A stretch of DNA of 64,000 nucleotides from a virus. Its lineage: Duplodnaviria > Heunggongvirae > Uroviricota > Caudoviricetes. The stretch lies in IMG/VR virus record IMGVR_UViG_3300046522_000750. The stretch is one strand, 5' to 3'. The notes beneath the pieces are model-generated. The model was not told the DNA's origin. It did not search any database and saw only the letters and a list, made by a program, of their open reading frames with translations. The translations under genes and the position numbers were made by a program. Shown here in pieces: positions 46,182 through 55,391 of the stretch. Each line of letters starts with the position of its first letter. Within the stretch, counting starts at the first letter, position 1.

Positions 46182-46538
46182 ATGTCACAGGCAATTCAAA
46201 CAGAAATCTACAAGGCCCAGCCAGCTCGGTTTGACATGGCTGGCCAGCGCTTGCCTGATTTTCTTGACCTCACCAACGAGCTGATCAGTGCAGGTTTAGC
46301 TGATCGCCTGGCGCGTTATGCGCTCAAATCCCTGGACTATGCTGGCTTTAAGGAAACCGTGCAGGGATGGGCGTGCATCGTCAGTTCTTCTGATGCCGAA
46401 GATACCCCGGCTAATCGCAGCTACCACGTACGCTTCAAGAATGCCAAGGGCGGCTTCATTGAGGTGATGGGTATTCTTACAAAGAGTGGTTGGCCCTTCC
46501 TTGACCATGGCATTACCGCTGGCCAAGAGAGCTATTGA
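46182..46538 (+). CDS. Hypothetical protein
   Basis: After a GTAT-N9-ATAC promoter. Confidence 0.65.
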   Translation: MSQAIQTEIYKAQPARFDMAGQRLPDFLDLTNELISAGLADRLARYALKSLDYAGFKETVQGWACIVSSSDAEDTPANRSYHVRFKNAKGGFIEVMGILTKSGWPFLDHGITAGQESY

Positions 46539-46578
46539 TCAACAGCCCGGCTTAAACCCATTGCAGAGGAACTGCCCC

Positions 46579-46797
46579 ATGATCTCCAACGCACGCCAGA
46601 CCCTTGAACGAGACATCGCCGCTCAGCGCAAGATCGTCAATCAGGCCTACTGTGCCACCAACGATTGCAATCCGCTTTACGAAGCCGAGTTCGACAAGTG
46701 CTCGGAGATGGTCAACAACCTGATGATCTTGAAGTACAAGGAAGAACGCGGGCTGCTGTCCCCTGACGCCAAAACCCCCTACGACCGGAGGCACTAA
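46579..46797 (+). CDS. Hypothetical protein
   Basis: RBS GAGGA. Confidence 0.6.
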   Translation: MISNARQTLERDIAAQRKIVNQAYCATNDCNPLYEAEFDKCSEMVNNLMILKYKEERGLLSPDAKTPYDRRH

Positions 46798-46800
46798 GCA

Positions 46801-47091
46801 ATGACCAGCAGCCTGCTGATGTGTCTTGAGGCGCGCCGCCTGCATGAGGTTGCGCAGATATGGAGTGACGAGGATATGCAGATCCAGGCTGAGCACACTG
46901 CCTTTGATGCGGGCAGGCTCGATTGCAAGCTCGATGTCGGCTTTCTTGAGGTTCCGCCGTTGTTTCGCACGACGCCCTTTCTCTTGGGTTCGTGGAAAGA
47001 GGGCTGGCAGCTTGAATGCGAAAGCGAGGAAATGTCGCATTGTGAGGGCTGTCTCGAAAGCAGGGGAGATCCTTGTCCTTACCACGGCTGA
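46801..47091 (+). CDS. Hypothetical protein with C-terminal C3H motif
   Basis: RBS GGAGG; CEGC...CPYHG. Confidence 0.6.
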   Translation: MTSSLLMCLEARRLHEVAQIWSDEDMQIQAEHTAFDAGRLDCKLDVGFLEVPPLFRTTPFLLGSWKEGWQLECESEEMSHCEGCLESRGDPCPYHG

Positions 47092-47141
47092 CAATTAGTG
47101 AATAAATAAAGCTCCATGGTTGTCGCCCCTGACAATTTACA

Positions 47142-47158
47142 GTATACTGCAAACATAC
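47142..47158. promoter_or_regulatory. GTAT-N9-ATAC operator box
   Basis: GTATactgcaaacATAC; TTGTCG-17-TATACT. Confidence 0.75.
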
Positions 47159-47174
47159 TTGAATGGAGCTTGTC

Positions 47175-47867
47175 ATGCCGCAGATCGCCCAATCCATCGC
47201 TGCCCAATTCATCTCCGTATGGGATCAATCAACGCAGGTCAAAACGAATTGCCTGATCGATCCTGCTAGCGGGGTGCTGACCCTTATCGAGAAAGCCGAT
47301 GAGGAAGAACTCTTCGTGCAAACACTGGATTCGCAGCACGTGCTGTTCGATGGCATGGCCTACAGCGTGACAGAGGCAGATAACGGCACGTTTTCAATCA
47401 ATAACTTGGTTGGCCTTCAAGCAGGGCTTTGCATGGCCGCGACTTTTCCCGAGATACCCGCCTACCTGATCGACAAATCTTTTATCAAGCTGGCTGGTAA
47501 CCCTGCAGCTAACACGGCGCTGGCCTACATGTATCGTGACGGCGGGAATATCAAGACGACCGAGGTCGTTATATTCCCCGGTGCGATCAGCATTGCTCAG
47601 CTAAAAATCATCGAAGACAATCTACTGCGCGATGAAGGCGATAATGATTTTCTGCCACGGCAGGTAGACCTCTCTCCGCTTTGCCCTGACGTAGACGATG
47701 ATAGCTACGACGAAGACATCGATCATTGCGTGCATACCATTCTTGAAATCGAGCTAACGCTTAAAGCTCCTGACGATCAAACGCCTATCACTGATTTTGT
47801 GAACAAATTTGCCGCCATTGGCCCGGAAGGCTGGGACATGGTTAATTTTGGCAATTCGACCTCTTAA
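47175..47867 (+). CDS. Hypothetical two-domain protein (YMYRDGGNIK motif)
   Basis: RBS GGAG; after a GTAT-N9-ATAC promoter. Confidence 0.7.
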   Translation: MPQIAQSIAAQFISVWDQSTQVKTNCLIDPASGVLTLIEKADEEELFVQTLDSQHVLFDGMAYSVTEADNGTFSINNLVGLQAGLCMAATFPEIPAYLIDKSFIKLAGNPAANTALAYMYRDGGNIKTTEVVIFPGAISIAQLKIIEDNLLRDEGDNDFLPRQVDLSPLCPDVDDDSYDEDIDHCVHTILEIELTLKAPDDQTPITDFVNKFAAIGPEGWDMVNFGNSTS

Positions 47868-47877
47868 GGAGCACGCT

Positions 47878-48090
47878 GTGGCCAAGCATAAGCCCGCAGA
47901 ATTGATCGAGGATTACCTCTCGGCTTTTCGCCGCGTCAACCCGGACGCACCACTGCCGGTGATTGAATACAGCCAAGGCTGGTATCGCTACAGCTTCGGG
48001 TTCCTGCGCCGAAACATTCGCGCCGCCAATTTGGTGGCAATGCGTGACACCTTACTGAACAGAGCCGAGAGCCATGAAAAGTCCGAATGA
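47878..48090 (+). CDS. Hypothetical protein
   Basis: GTG start, RBS AAGGAG; N-terminus resembles the next gene (P.ELIE.Y.SAF...P...PVI). Confidence 0.6.
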   Translation: MAKHKPAELIEDYLSAFRRVNPDAPLPVIEYSQGWYRYSFGFLRRNIRAANLVAMRDTLLNRAESHEKSE

Positions 48091-48538
48091 ATTGATCGAA
48101 CAGTACAAGAGCGCCTTCAGCAAGGCCCACCCCGGCCATGATGCCCCGGTGATTACCTTCGACAATGGCAGCTTTCGCTTTAAGGAGCGCGGCGAACACC
48201 TGACCACGCTGAGCGACAAAGACCTGGCCCACAAGTGCAACGAACTGGTCAAGCTGGTCAACAACCGTGAGTTCGACCTGAGCACACTGTCCGGCCTGGC
48301 AGCGGCTACCGATCAGGCTTACCGTGCCAGCCAGGTGTATTTTCGCGAACATATCGCACCGCGCCTTAACGCGGTCACGAACCTGGAAGAATTCAAAGCG
48401 CTGAAGTCCGAGATCTGCATGGGCTGCGCTGGGCCAAATGGCTTCATGCTCCCCCTGCCACCCGAGTTCGATCTGCACTTCATGATGAAGCTCAGCGACC
48501 TCAAGCACTTTGCCCGCGAAGCGGATAAGGCCCTCTGA
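48074..48538 (+). CDS. Hypothetical protein
   Basis: Overlapping operon gene. Confidence 0.65.
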   Translation: MKSPNELIEQYKSAFSKAHPGHDAPVITFDNGSFRFKERGEHLTTLSDKDLAHKCNELVKLVNNREFDLSTLSGLAAATDQAYRASQVYFREHIAPRLNAVTNLEEFKALKSEICMGCAGPNGFMLPLPPEFDLHFMMKLSDLKHFAREADKAL

Positions 48539-49365
48539 TGAAATCCTCGACCCTCTGCGCCAAGACCCGGCAGCTTGACCAATACTTTACCGCCGCTTGG
48601 GTGGCCGAGGCACTGGTGCGCAAGCACTTCAGCGACCTGACGGCCAATGATCTGGTGTGTGAGCCCATGTGCGGCCCTGGGCGCTTTCTGGAGGCGATCC
48701 CGGCGCATGTCCCGGCCATGGGGATCGAGATTGACCCTGTGCAGGCACAGCTCGCCAGAGAGCGCACTGGAAGGCAGATCATCACCGGCGACATTCGCGA
48801 CGTTGAGATCCCCGGCCAGCCCACGCTGTTTATCGGCAACCCTCCGTTCAAGACCGCGCTGTTTGACCTGTTCCTGGCCAAAGCTGATCAGGCCATGGCC
48901 ATGGACGGACGCGTTGGCATGATCCTGCCGACTTACTTCTTCCAGACGGCCAGCCGTGTGTCTCGCTATAACGAGCGGTGGAGCCTGTACCAGGAAATGA
49001 TCCCACGCAACATCTACCCCGGCCTTGAGAAGCCGCTGTGCTTTGCAATCTTTCGAAAAGACGCCAAGCGCCTGCTGGTGGGTTTCAGCCTGTTCCATGA
49101 ACAAGCCTTTATCAACCAATTGCCAGAGGACGTTCAAGAAGCTTTGGTGCAGGGCCGGTCGACCTGGCCGGATCTGGTCTTGGAAGCCCTCGACACCTTT
49201 GGCGGTGAGGCCGACTTGCCGCAGATCTACGAGTACGTGAGCAACCGTCGACCCACGGAAAACCCGAACTGGAAGGAACAGGTGCGCAAGATCTGTCAGA
49301 TCAGGACGCATCGGGTCGGTCGAGGCCGCTACGCGAAGGGGGCGAACTCCTCAGTGGCAGCCTGA
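48538..49365 (+). CDS. Orphan N6-adenine DNA methyltransferase with C-terminal winged-helix-like domain
   Basis: QYFT, motif I EPMCGPGRF, GIEID, motif IV GNPPF; no restriction gene nearby. Confidence 0.85.
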   Translation: MKSSTLCAKTRQLDQYFTAAWVAEALVRKHFSDLTANDLVCEPMCGPGRFLEAIPAHVPAMGIEIDPVQAQLARERTGRQIITGDIRDVEIPGQPTLFIGNPPFKTALFDLFLAKADQAMAMDGRVGMILPTYFFQTASRVSRYNERWSLYQEMIPRNIYPGLEKPLCFAIFRKDAKRLLVGFSLFHEQAFINQLPEDVQEALVQGRSTWPDLVLEALDTFGGEADLPQIYEYVSNRRPTENPNWKEQVRKICQIRTHRVGRGRYAKGANSSVAA

Positions 49366-49484
49366 CCAACGGTTGGCAATTTTACTTAAATTACTTTCGC
49401 TTTTTCGTTGAATTTCCTACACTTGGCAGTATCAAATAGCCACCCAGCCGTTCAAGCGGCGGGTGCCAGGCAAGAGGCCGAATA

Positions 49485-49826
49485 ATGAACGCACTGACCA
49501 ACCCGCAACGTCGCACGCTGGCTCTTGAGTTGGTGCGCTTTCGCTCACACGAAGGCAACTATGGCTTTCGGGTTAACAGCCGTCACACGCCGATCCTCAA
49601 GCACTCCCCAGAGCTTAAAGCCCTGCTCAAGAAGAAGCTGATCAAGCAGGTGCGCAAGTTTATTGGAGGCGGTGCAAACGGAACCTATCTGGTGCCCACG
49701 GACGGCATCACGATTGAAAACGCGCCGTGCTGCCCGGTGTGTGGCCGCGAGATCAAATCCTTTCATCCGCTGATGCGTGACAGCGGCATTGCCTGCAACC
49801 ATCAGCCACCAAAGCCCCTGATTTAA
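49485..49826 (+). CDS. Hypothetical protein with C-terminal Zn motif
   Basis: RBS GAGG; CPVCG...H...C.H. Confidence 0.6.
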   Translation: MNALTNPQRRTLALELVRFRSHEGNYGFRVNSRHTPILKHSPELKALLKKKLIKQVRKFIGGGANGTYLVPTDGITIENAPCCPVCGREIKSFHPLMRDSGIACNHQPPKPLI

Positions 49827-49833
49827 GTAGACC

Positions 49834-50091
49834 TTGATGATTAAGACTGCACTCCTTTCCAGTGTGACTCGTACCGCAAAGGCCGAGGGCTGGAACCTTA
49901 AGCCACAGCGCGAAGGCGCGTTCGCCGGTAAAGTGATGATCGTGCGTGACGCGGCCACCAATCGCTTTGAATGCGACGTAGATGCTGAGCAGTACGTGCG
50001 TTATCGCGCCGCCCATGGCAGCCAGATGCACCGGATCGCCCTGAAGGCTCACCGGCTTCCGGCAATAATTTTGCCTTTAACTGCAAAATAG
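49834..50091 (+). CDS. Hypothetical protein
   Basis: Operon context. Confidence 0.55.
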   Translation: MMIKTALLSSVTRTAKAEGWNLKPQREGAFAGKVMIVRDAATNRFECDVDAEQYVRYRAAHGSQMHRIALKAHRLPAIILPLTAK

Positions 50092-50131
50092 GTTCCCTCT
50101 CTTTCTATTTATGGGTATACTAAGCGCATAC
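50070..50131 (+). promoter_or_regulatory. Promoter module: TTTGC-N-TGCAAA box plus GTAT-N9-ATAC box
   Basis: TTTGCCtttaacTGCAAA at 50070-50087; TGGGTATactaagcgcATACCCA with core at 50115-50131. Confidence 0.75.
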
Positions 50132-50152
50132 CCAAAGATTGCAGGGAAGCCC

Positions 50153-50734
50153 ATGAAGCCTTACAACGTCGACCTCTTTAAAACCGTTCGCTTTGCTATC
50201 CAAGGCATCTCTGCCAACTCGCCTGAAGAAGCTGCACGTGCTGCGAACGTTCTCCAGCTTCCTGATCTATTCCATAACGGAATGGTGGCTCACTCCCTGG
50301 CGTCTGTTTGTCCGAACCACAAGATCTCGGACGTCCGGGTTCAGGATTTGGATGCGCATTACTACGCCGTATACCCGGCCATTGTCGTGGACGGAGAGGA
50401 TGCCAACGACTACAACAATGAAACCCACCTGGCCGGTGATTTTGTCACGTTGCTGCCCGGTGAAGAACCGCAAGACCGCTTCAAGGTCATGATCAAAAAC
50501 CTGTTGGGTCAGATTACCTTGGTGGCCGATAAGACCATTGGCTTCAACCAGGAGTCCTTGACCCTGCTCAACGAGGTAGCCCGCGAAGTCGGCCACCCGA
50601 TGTTCGAGTTCATGGAAAAAGGCGACGGCGCCGAGGTGGATGGCTACCCTCGCGAAAACTGCCCTCCTCATCTGGATTACGCCGAGTGGGTGCACCCGCT
50701 GATGAAGGCTGATTTTGAAGCCCCGTTGAAGTAA
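50153..50734 (+). CDS. Hypothetical protein
   Basis: RBS AGGGA before MKPYN; after a GTAT-N9-ATAC promoter. Confidence 0.65.
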   Translation: MKPYNVDLFKTVRFAIQGISANSPEEAARAANVLQLPDLFHNGMVAHSLASVCPNHKISDVRVQDLDAHYYAVYPAIVVDGEDANDYNNETHLAGDFVTLLPGEEPQDRFKVMIKNLLGQITLVADKTIGFNQESLTLLNEVAREVGHPMFEFMEKGDGAEVDGYPRENCPPHLDYAEWVHPLMKADFEAPLK

Positions 50735-50760
50735 TCCCACCTACAAGACAGGGGAAAATC

Positions 50761-51285
50761 ATGAGCCAGTTCACTTCAGTGTTTCAAAAGCCAGGACAAG
50801 CCCCGCACTTTTATCCAATGAGTGGGGCTACTCTGAAGCAAGAGATAGCGTCCGCCAAAATGATCGTAAGCCAGCCTGGATCGGTGTTTGGCACCTACCT
50901 CTACAGTCGACCTGTTCGACAGGTGTTGATGCGTACAGGAGAGCGCTACGCCATCAGCTTTTACGACGCCGCCCTCTATTTCAGATACCGCAAACACGAT
51001 GAGGCCATTAACGCATCGTTCGATTATTACCAAGTCGGCGGGCCTCACCAGGGGACGCTTATCTTGCACGTTGACCACCGTGTGGAAGTCGCTTTAGGTG
51101 GCTTCAGTGGTGACGTGCGCATCAAGCTTAAATTCACTGGTTCCCGAACCTTACAATTTCGCGACATGTGCAAAGACAGACTGGTGGCCATCGAGGTCGG
51201 CAGTGGGAAAGTTATGATGCGTATTTACGACAGTGCTCATGCATACAACCCATCGTTTGAGCTACCGCTTGAGGTTGTTCAATAG
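50761..51285 (+). CDS. Hypothetical protein
   Basis: RBS AGGGGA. Confidence 0.65.
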   Translation: MSQFTSVFQKPGQAPHFYPMSGATLKQEIASAKMIVSQPGSVFGTYLYSRPVRQVLMRTGERYAISFYDAALYFRYRKHDEAINASFDYYQVGGPHQGTLILHVDHRVEVALGGFSGDVRIKLKFTGSRTLQFRDMCKDRLVAIEVGSGKVMMRIYDSAHAYNPSFELPLEVVQ

Positions 51286-51343
51286 CGCACACACACAAAG
51301 CACTCCCGACCTGACCGAGCCCCATTTCACACAAGGAACTATC

Positions 51344-51796
51344 ATGAGTATCACCATCGGCGTCATCTTCTCGGCTGATTCGGTCAAAATGTTCGAGGAA
51401 TTTGGCCTCAAATGCGTCTACGTCCTCAACGACGTCAAGACCTTCAGCTTCGAGACTAACGCTGAAGTCAGTGCCTTCCTGAATGGCGTCGACGACTCAG
51501 TGGGTTACGACGCATGCAAAATCAAGAAAGCCAAGCCTGGCTCGAAAATCTCCCAAGTGGCGTTCTGTGAAGACGACGGCGAGGGCTTTGAGTACCTCAA
51601 GATCCAGCAGGGATCGGAAGCTGAGCGCATTGCCTATGAAGCCGGTGTGGAGGCTTGTGAAGGCTGGTTCGGTTATCAGCAACTTGGTGATCAAGACCTG
51701 AACAACTACCTTCAGGCCAAAGCGGCTGCAAAAACATCACTGGGTAACCATGTGATCCGCTTTATTCAGTCGGCACCCCTCGCAGCGGTGGCCTAA
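51344..51796 (+). CDS. Hypothetical protein, paralogue of 53581..54276
   Basis: FEE.GLK...LND.K.FS...AF..GVD..VGY..C.IK...AERIA.E.GVEA.EGWFG shared. Confidence 0.75.
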   Translation: MSITIGVIFSADSVKMFEEFGLKCVYVLNDVKTFSFETNAEVSAFLNGVDDSVGYDACKIKKAKPGSKISQVAFCEDDGEGFEYLKIQQGSEAERIAYEAGVEACEGWFGYQQLGDQDLNNYLQAKAAAKTSLGNHVIRFIQSAPLAAVA

Positions 51797-51897
51797 GCCC
51801 CGACCTCGATAAAGCCCTTCATGATTTTGGCGTTTATTGGTAAGTTTGCCTTCGGCGTCCATGCCCGAGACAACTACATCACGCAGGAGGGCCTTTT

Positions 51898-52077
51898 GTG
51901 AGCCAGAAATACCGATTGGTGATTGACCACATCCACCGCACCCAGTCAGACCGCTCAGAGAGCGCCGTAGGGGCCACCGTACGGCAAGCGGCCCGTGCCC
52001 TGGGTGTGGAACTGTCTGATCGTGACGGCGAGCAGATTTGCGACATGCTCCTTTCGACCCAATCCTATAACGGATGA
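51898..52077 (+). CDS. Small hypothetical protein (59 aa, not in the ORF track)
   Basis: Strong RBS AGGAGG, GTG start, hand-translated MSQKYRLVIDHIHRTQSDRSESAVGATVRQAARALGVELSD... Confidence 0.55.
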   Translation: MSQKYRLVIDHIHRTQSDRSESAVGATVRQAARALGVELSDRDGEQICDMLLSTQSYNG

Positions 52078-52084
52078 ACCCGCA

Positions 52085-52501
52085 ATGAGCCAGGCAGCCC
52101 CTACGACACCCCGAGAGCCTTCCGGCTTTCAATTGCTGGAGGTCGGCCAGCACGACATGTTCGTCGTCGAGTACCTGAACGGCGATGAGTCAGTGGTGCA
52201 CCTGATCAGGATGCCCGATCCCCGCGACAAGAGCTGGTACACCTCACTTGGCACGATCAACGCCTTCCGGCACCGGGAGCAGGTGCGCAGCTCCGAGTTC
52301 ATCAGCAAGCACGGCTACGGGGCTCGCAACCCACGCTACTTCCGCTTGTTCTTTCCTGATGATCTCAAGGGTGAAGAAGCCATCTTCAATCAAATCGGCA
52401 CGGTCATTTATGCCGACCTGCCGACTGCTAGCCATGAATCGCCTTACGCGTTCTACGCGGCTATCGGGTTTGACTACAAAAAGAATCGCTACCTTAAGTG
52501 A
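52085..52501 (+). CDS. Hypothetical protein, tandem paralogue A
   Basis: D.F.VEY...VH.I.MP...AF...E...P...HES...FY..IGFD...NRY shared with the next gene. Confidence 0.75.
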   Translation: MSQAAPTTPREPSGFQLLEVGQHDMFVVEYLNGDESVVHLIRMPDPRDKSWYTSLGTINAFRHREQVRSSEFISKHGYGARNPRYFRLFFPDDLKGEEAIFNQIGTVIYADLPTASHESPYAFYAAIGFDYKKNRYLK

Positions 52502-52522
52502 TTCACTAAAACGGAGTTTCGC

Positions 52523-52936
52523 ATGACTGCTGATTTTGCTGTTTCGAGTGGCCCTGCCAATTTCTTGCTTATCAAGCCCGGAGCGACCGACCTGTTCGCA
52601 GTCGAGTACCGTGCCGAGAATCCTTCAGCAGTGCATCACATCAAGATGCCTGTTAAGACTGATGCTTGCTTTCAGGCACTTAAAGCGTCGGTCGCAGCCT
52701 TCCATGCGCATGAGATGGGTCGTTGTACACCTGTTGAGGCTGGCAGTTGCATGGTTACGAAGCCTGAGCACTATTTCGAGATTCATGAGGCCCAAGCCTT
52801 GATCAACGAGGAGGAGTGGCTGTGCACCGAGGAAGAAGCTTTCTATGACAGCGTGCCCGCCCAAACGCATGAATCCCTGGCTCATTTTTACGAGATCATC
52901 GGCTTTGACTCAGCCGCAAATCGCTACACCAAATAA
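52523..52936 (+). CDS. Hypothetical protein, tandem paralogue B
   Basis: Similarity to 52085..52501; RBS GGAG. Confidence 0.75.
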   Translation: MTADFAVSSGPANFLLIKPGATDLFAVEYRAENPSAVHHIKMPVKTDACFQALKASVAAFHAHEMGRCTPVEAGSCMVTKPEHYFEIHEAQALINEEEWLCTEEEAFYDSVPAQTHESLAHFYEIIGFDSAANRYTK

Positions 52937-52998
52937 TTTGCAGTAAATTGCAAATTCCGCTTTCAGTCTGTCAATAAAAGAGTATACTTAGCGCATAC
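52937..52998 (+). promoter_or_regulatory. Promoter module: TTTGCA-N6-TGCAAA box plus GTAT-N9-ATAC box
   Basis: TTTGCAgtaaatTGCAAA at 52937-52954; GTATacttagcgcATAC at 52982-52998. Confidence 0.8.
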
Positions 52999-53025
52999 CC
53001 AAACAGACTGGAAGGATCATTCACG

Positions 53026-53526
53026 ATGAATGCCGTTCTCAAAGCCCTGGATTCTGCTCACCACCTGTGTGCTGCCACCCAAGGTAACACCGCCTTGACC
53101 CTCGAGATTGGCGAGATCCTCGAGCGCCTAAAAAAGCTCTCTCCCGATCTAATTCATCTTGTTGAAGACGGCAAGTTTGTTGACCCTGAAGCTTACGGTC
53201 GCATTCTGCCGTTGTTCGCTGAGAGCACGAAGCAGGACATGACTCCTGTGTATGTCGTTGTCGAGAAGCTAGTAGATCAATCCAAACTGCATGAGTACGA
53301 CACCGAAATTGAAGGCCACTACGAAATTCTGGTGCCCTCTTTCCTGAATGACGAACTGCAGGCCGCGTGCGCACTGGATCTGTTCCATGGTTCGGTGGCC
53401 ATCAAGGTGCTGGACTGCTTCAGCATCGTGGTTTCGAAGCCGCTGGAATCTCCTGAAACCTATGAAAACGGCACCCTAGAGCGCCTTGGTGACTTCGTAG
53501 GCATCACCGAACGCACCTCGTTCTGA
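53026..53526 (+). CDS. Hypothetical protein
   Basis: RBS AAGGA; after a GTAT-N9-ATAC promoter. Confidence 0.7.
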   Translation: MNAVLKALDSAHHLCAATQGNTALTLEIGEILERLKKLSPDLIHLVEDGKFVDPEAYGRILPLFAESTKQDMTPVYVVVEKLVDQSKLHEYDTEIEGHYEILVPSFLNDELQAACALDLFHGSVAIKVLDCFSIVVSKPLESPETYENGTLERLGDFVGITERTSF

Positions 53527-53580
53527 CCCTTCTACGGCCCTGTCACGATGGCAGGGCAAACCCCCGTTTAGGAGTTCATC

Positions 53581-54276
53581 ATGAGCACCATGGTTGCTAT
53601 CGTTTTCTCGCAATCCTCTGCAGCCACCTTCGAGGAGGTTGGCCTCAAAGACGCAGAGGTATTGAATGACCTCAAGCTGTTTTCCATGAACACCGAGGAA
53701 GAAGCCCGAGCGTTTATCAGTGGCGTTGACGAGGCTGTTGGCTACGAAGAATGCCGCATAAAAGAAGTCCTCCCTCGCTCCAAAGTGGCTCAAATCGCCT
53801 TCGGTAAAGAAGAATCCCGTAATGGCAAGTTTGAAAAACTTAAGCTGGACTCGGTGGCCGAGCGCATAGCCTTCGAGCAAGGTGTCGAGGCGGGTGAAGG
53901 TTGGTTTGGTCATGCCGAAGTCGAAGGCGAGCAGATGGATAACCTTGTTCAGGCGCTGGCCGCGATGCAGGCCGATGGCAAAGAGCACACCGCCGAGAAT
54001 CTGCTGCCATACATCAAGAGCAACGACGAACTCGAAGAACTGGCCGATGCCGATGAGTCCAAGCTGCGTGCCGAGCGCCAGTTCTCCGGCATGACTGAGG
54101 CGCAGAAGACCGTTATCAAGTACGTGCTTGATAACCACCTCATGACCAGTGATGTGTATGTCACCCTCGGGGACAAAGTGCGTCATGCCGTGTTCATGGT
54201 GGCGGATCAGCTTGATGGTGTTGAGTTGACCGAGCTGGAGTACAACGAGATCTACGACAACATCCTGAGCCGCTGA
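53581..54276 (+). CDS. Acidic hypothetical protein, paralogue of 51344..51796 with an extra C-terminal domain
   Basis: RBS AGGAG; shared motifs. Confidence 0.75.
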   Translation: MSTMVAIVFSQSSAATFEEVGLKDAEVLNDLKLFSMNTEEEARAFISGVDEAVGYEECRIKEVLPRSKVAQIAFGKEESRNGKFEKLKLDSVAERIAFEQGVEAGEGWFGHAEVEGEQMDNLVQALAAMQADGKEHTAENLLPYIKSNDELEELADADESKLRAERQFSGMTEAQKTVIKYVLDNHLMTSDVYVTLGDKVRHAVFMVADQLDGVELTELEYNEIYDNILSR

Positions 54277-54553
54277 GCCAGTTCTATCCTGTGCGCCCGG
54301 CTTCCGGGCGCCAAACCTTTTGGAGCAGCATGGAATCAATGCCCTTTAGCCAGTTTCTGGCCCAAGCGACAGCCCAGCAGCAAGACTCTCGTCCTGTACG
54401 ACCAAAAAGCTTACCCCAGGAGCCAGACCTGCCGTCCTTGCAGCCTGGCTTTTTGTCCGCCAAGCCGACAGCGGCGAACAGCTATTGCACTGTGCTGCAA
54501 TACATGCAAAATGTTTAGGTGCAACCCCATAATAATAAGAACAGGTGAACCAC

Positions 54554-54787
54554 ATGGGACTTCGAGAAGTCACGCAACAGGCCGATCTGGCCGGCAAGCT
54601 CTACCGATACGCCAAGGAACATCACGACCAGTACCCAGGCGTCCTCGACACGCATGAAATCCTCGACGTGCTTGCGACTGACCACGGGTGGCGATTGAGC
54701 CTTGGTATCGGCAACCAGGGTGAGTCCTTCATCGACATAACGATCTTGAAAACCGCGTTCCACCACTGGGAAAAAACAACGCTTTAA
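54554..54787 (+). CDS. Hypothetical protein
   Basis: RBS AGGTG. Confidence 0.6.
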   Translation: MGLREVTQQADLAGKLYRYAKEHHDQYPGVLDTHEILDVLATDHGWRLSLGIGNQGESFIDITILKTAFHHWEKTTL

Positions 54788-54953
54788 GCTCGCATCCTCT
54801 CCAGCCTGCCGACCCCGGTGGGCTTTTTGCAAAAAACTGCAAAAATCTCGAAATATCAAATTGACACTATGTCAATTCAAGGATAAAGTCCGCGCCAATC
54901 CCTTGAGTCACCGGCAATTTAAGATAAATTGCTTGATGATTCAGTAGTTTGCA

Positions 54954-54970
54954 GTATACTGAACATATAC
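54954..54970. promoter_or_regulatory. GTAT-N9-ATAC operator box
   Basis: GTATactgaacatATAC. Confidence 0.75.
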
Positions 54971-54996
54971 CGAATAAGAGCCTTAGCAGGATTCTC

Positions 54997-55275
54997 ATGA
55001 TGACCGTATTCGCGACTTTTTACCCTCAAGCTTGGGTCAACGACCAGTTGGTCGACGTTACTCCTGAAGGCGCTACCTTGTTCGATGTGACCCCCGAAGT
55101 CGAGTCGATGGGACAGGAAAATGCCCTGGCGATCAAGGACAACTCCAACGCTTCCGACGTGTTCCAGTACTCGGCCCATGCGCCTCATTGGATCAAGCAC
55201 TGGCAAGGCCCGTTTCACATCAAAGTCAGCGATTCGATCCAAGAGCATTACGGGCAGCAGAAACTCTGCGCTTGA
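54997..55275 (+). CDS. Hypothetical protein
   Basis: RBS AGGA; F.PQAWVND...W..PF motif. Confidence 0.7.
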   Translation: MMTVFATFYPQAWVNDQLVDVTPEGATLFDVTPEVESMGQENALAIKDNSNASDVFQYSAHAPHWIKHWQGPFHIKVSDSIQEHYGQQKLCA

Positions 55276-55391
55276 CTCTTTTGGTCTGATCAACTAAATA
55301 GCCAGACCTTTTTCGTGCTGGATGAATGATCGTCTAGCCAACACCAAATCAAAGCCAACGACAGGCCTAATTGCTTAGAAGGATTCTCACC

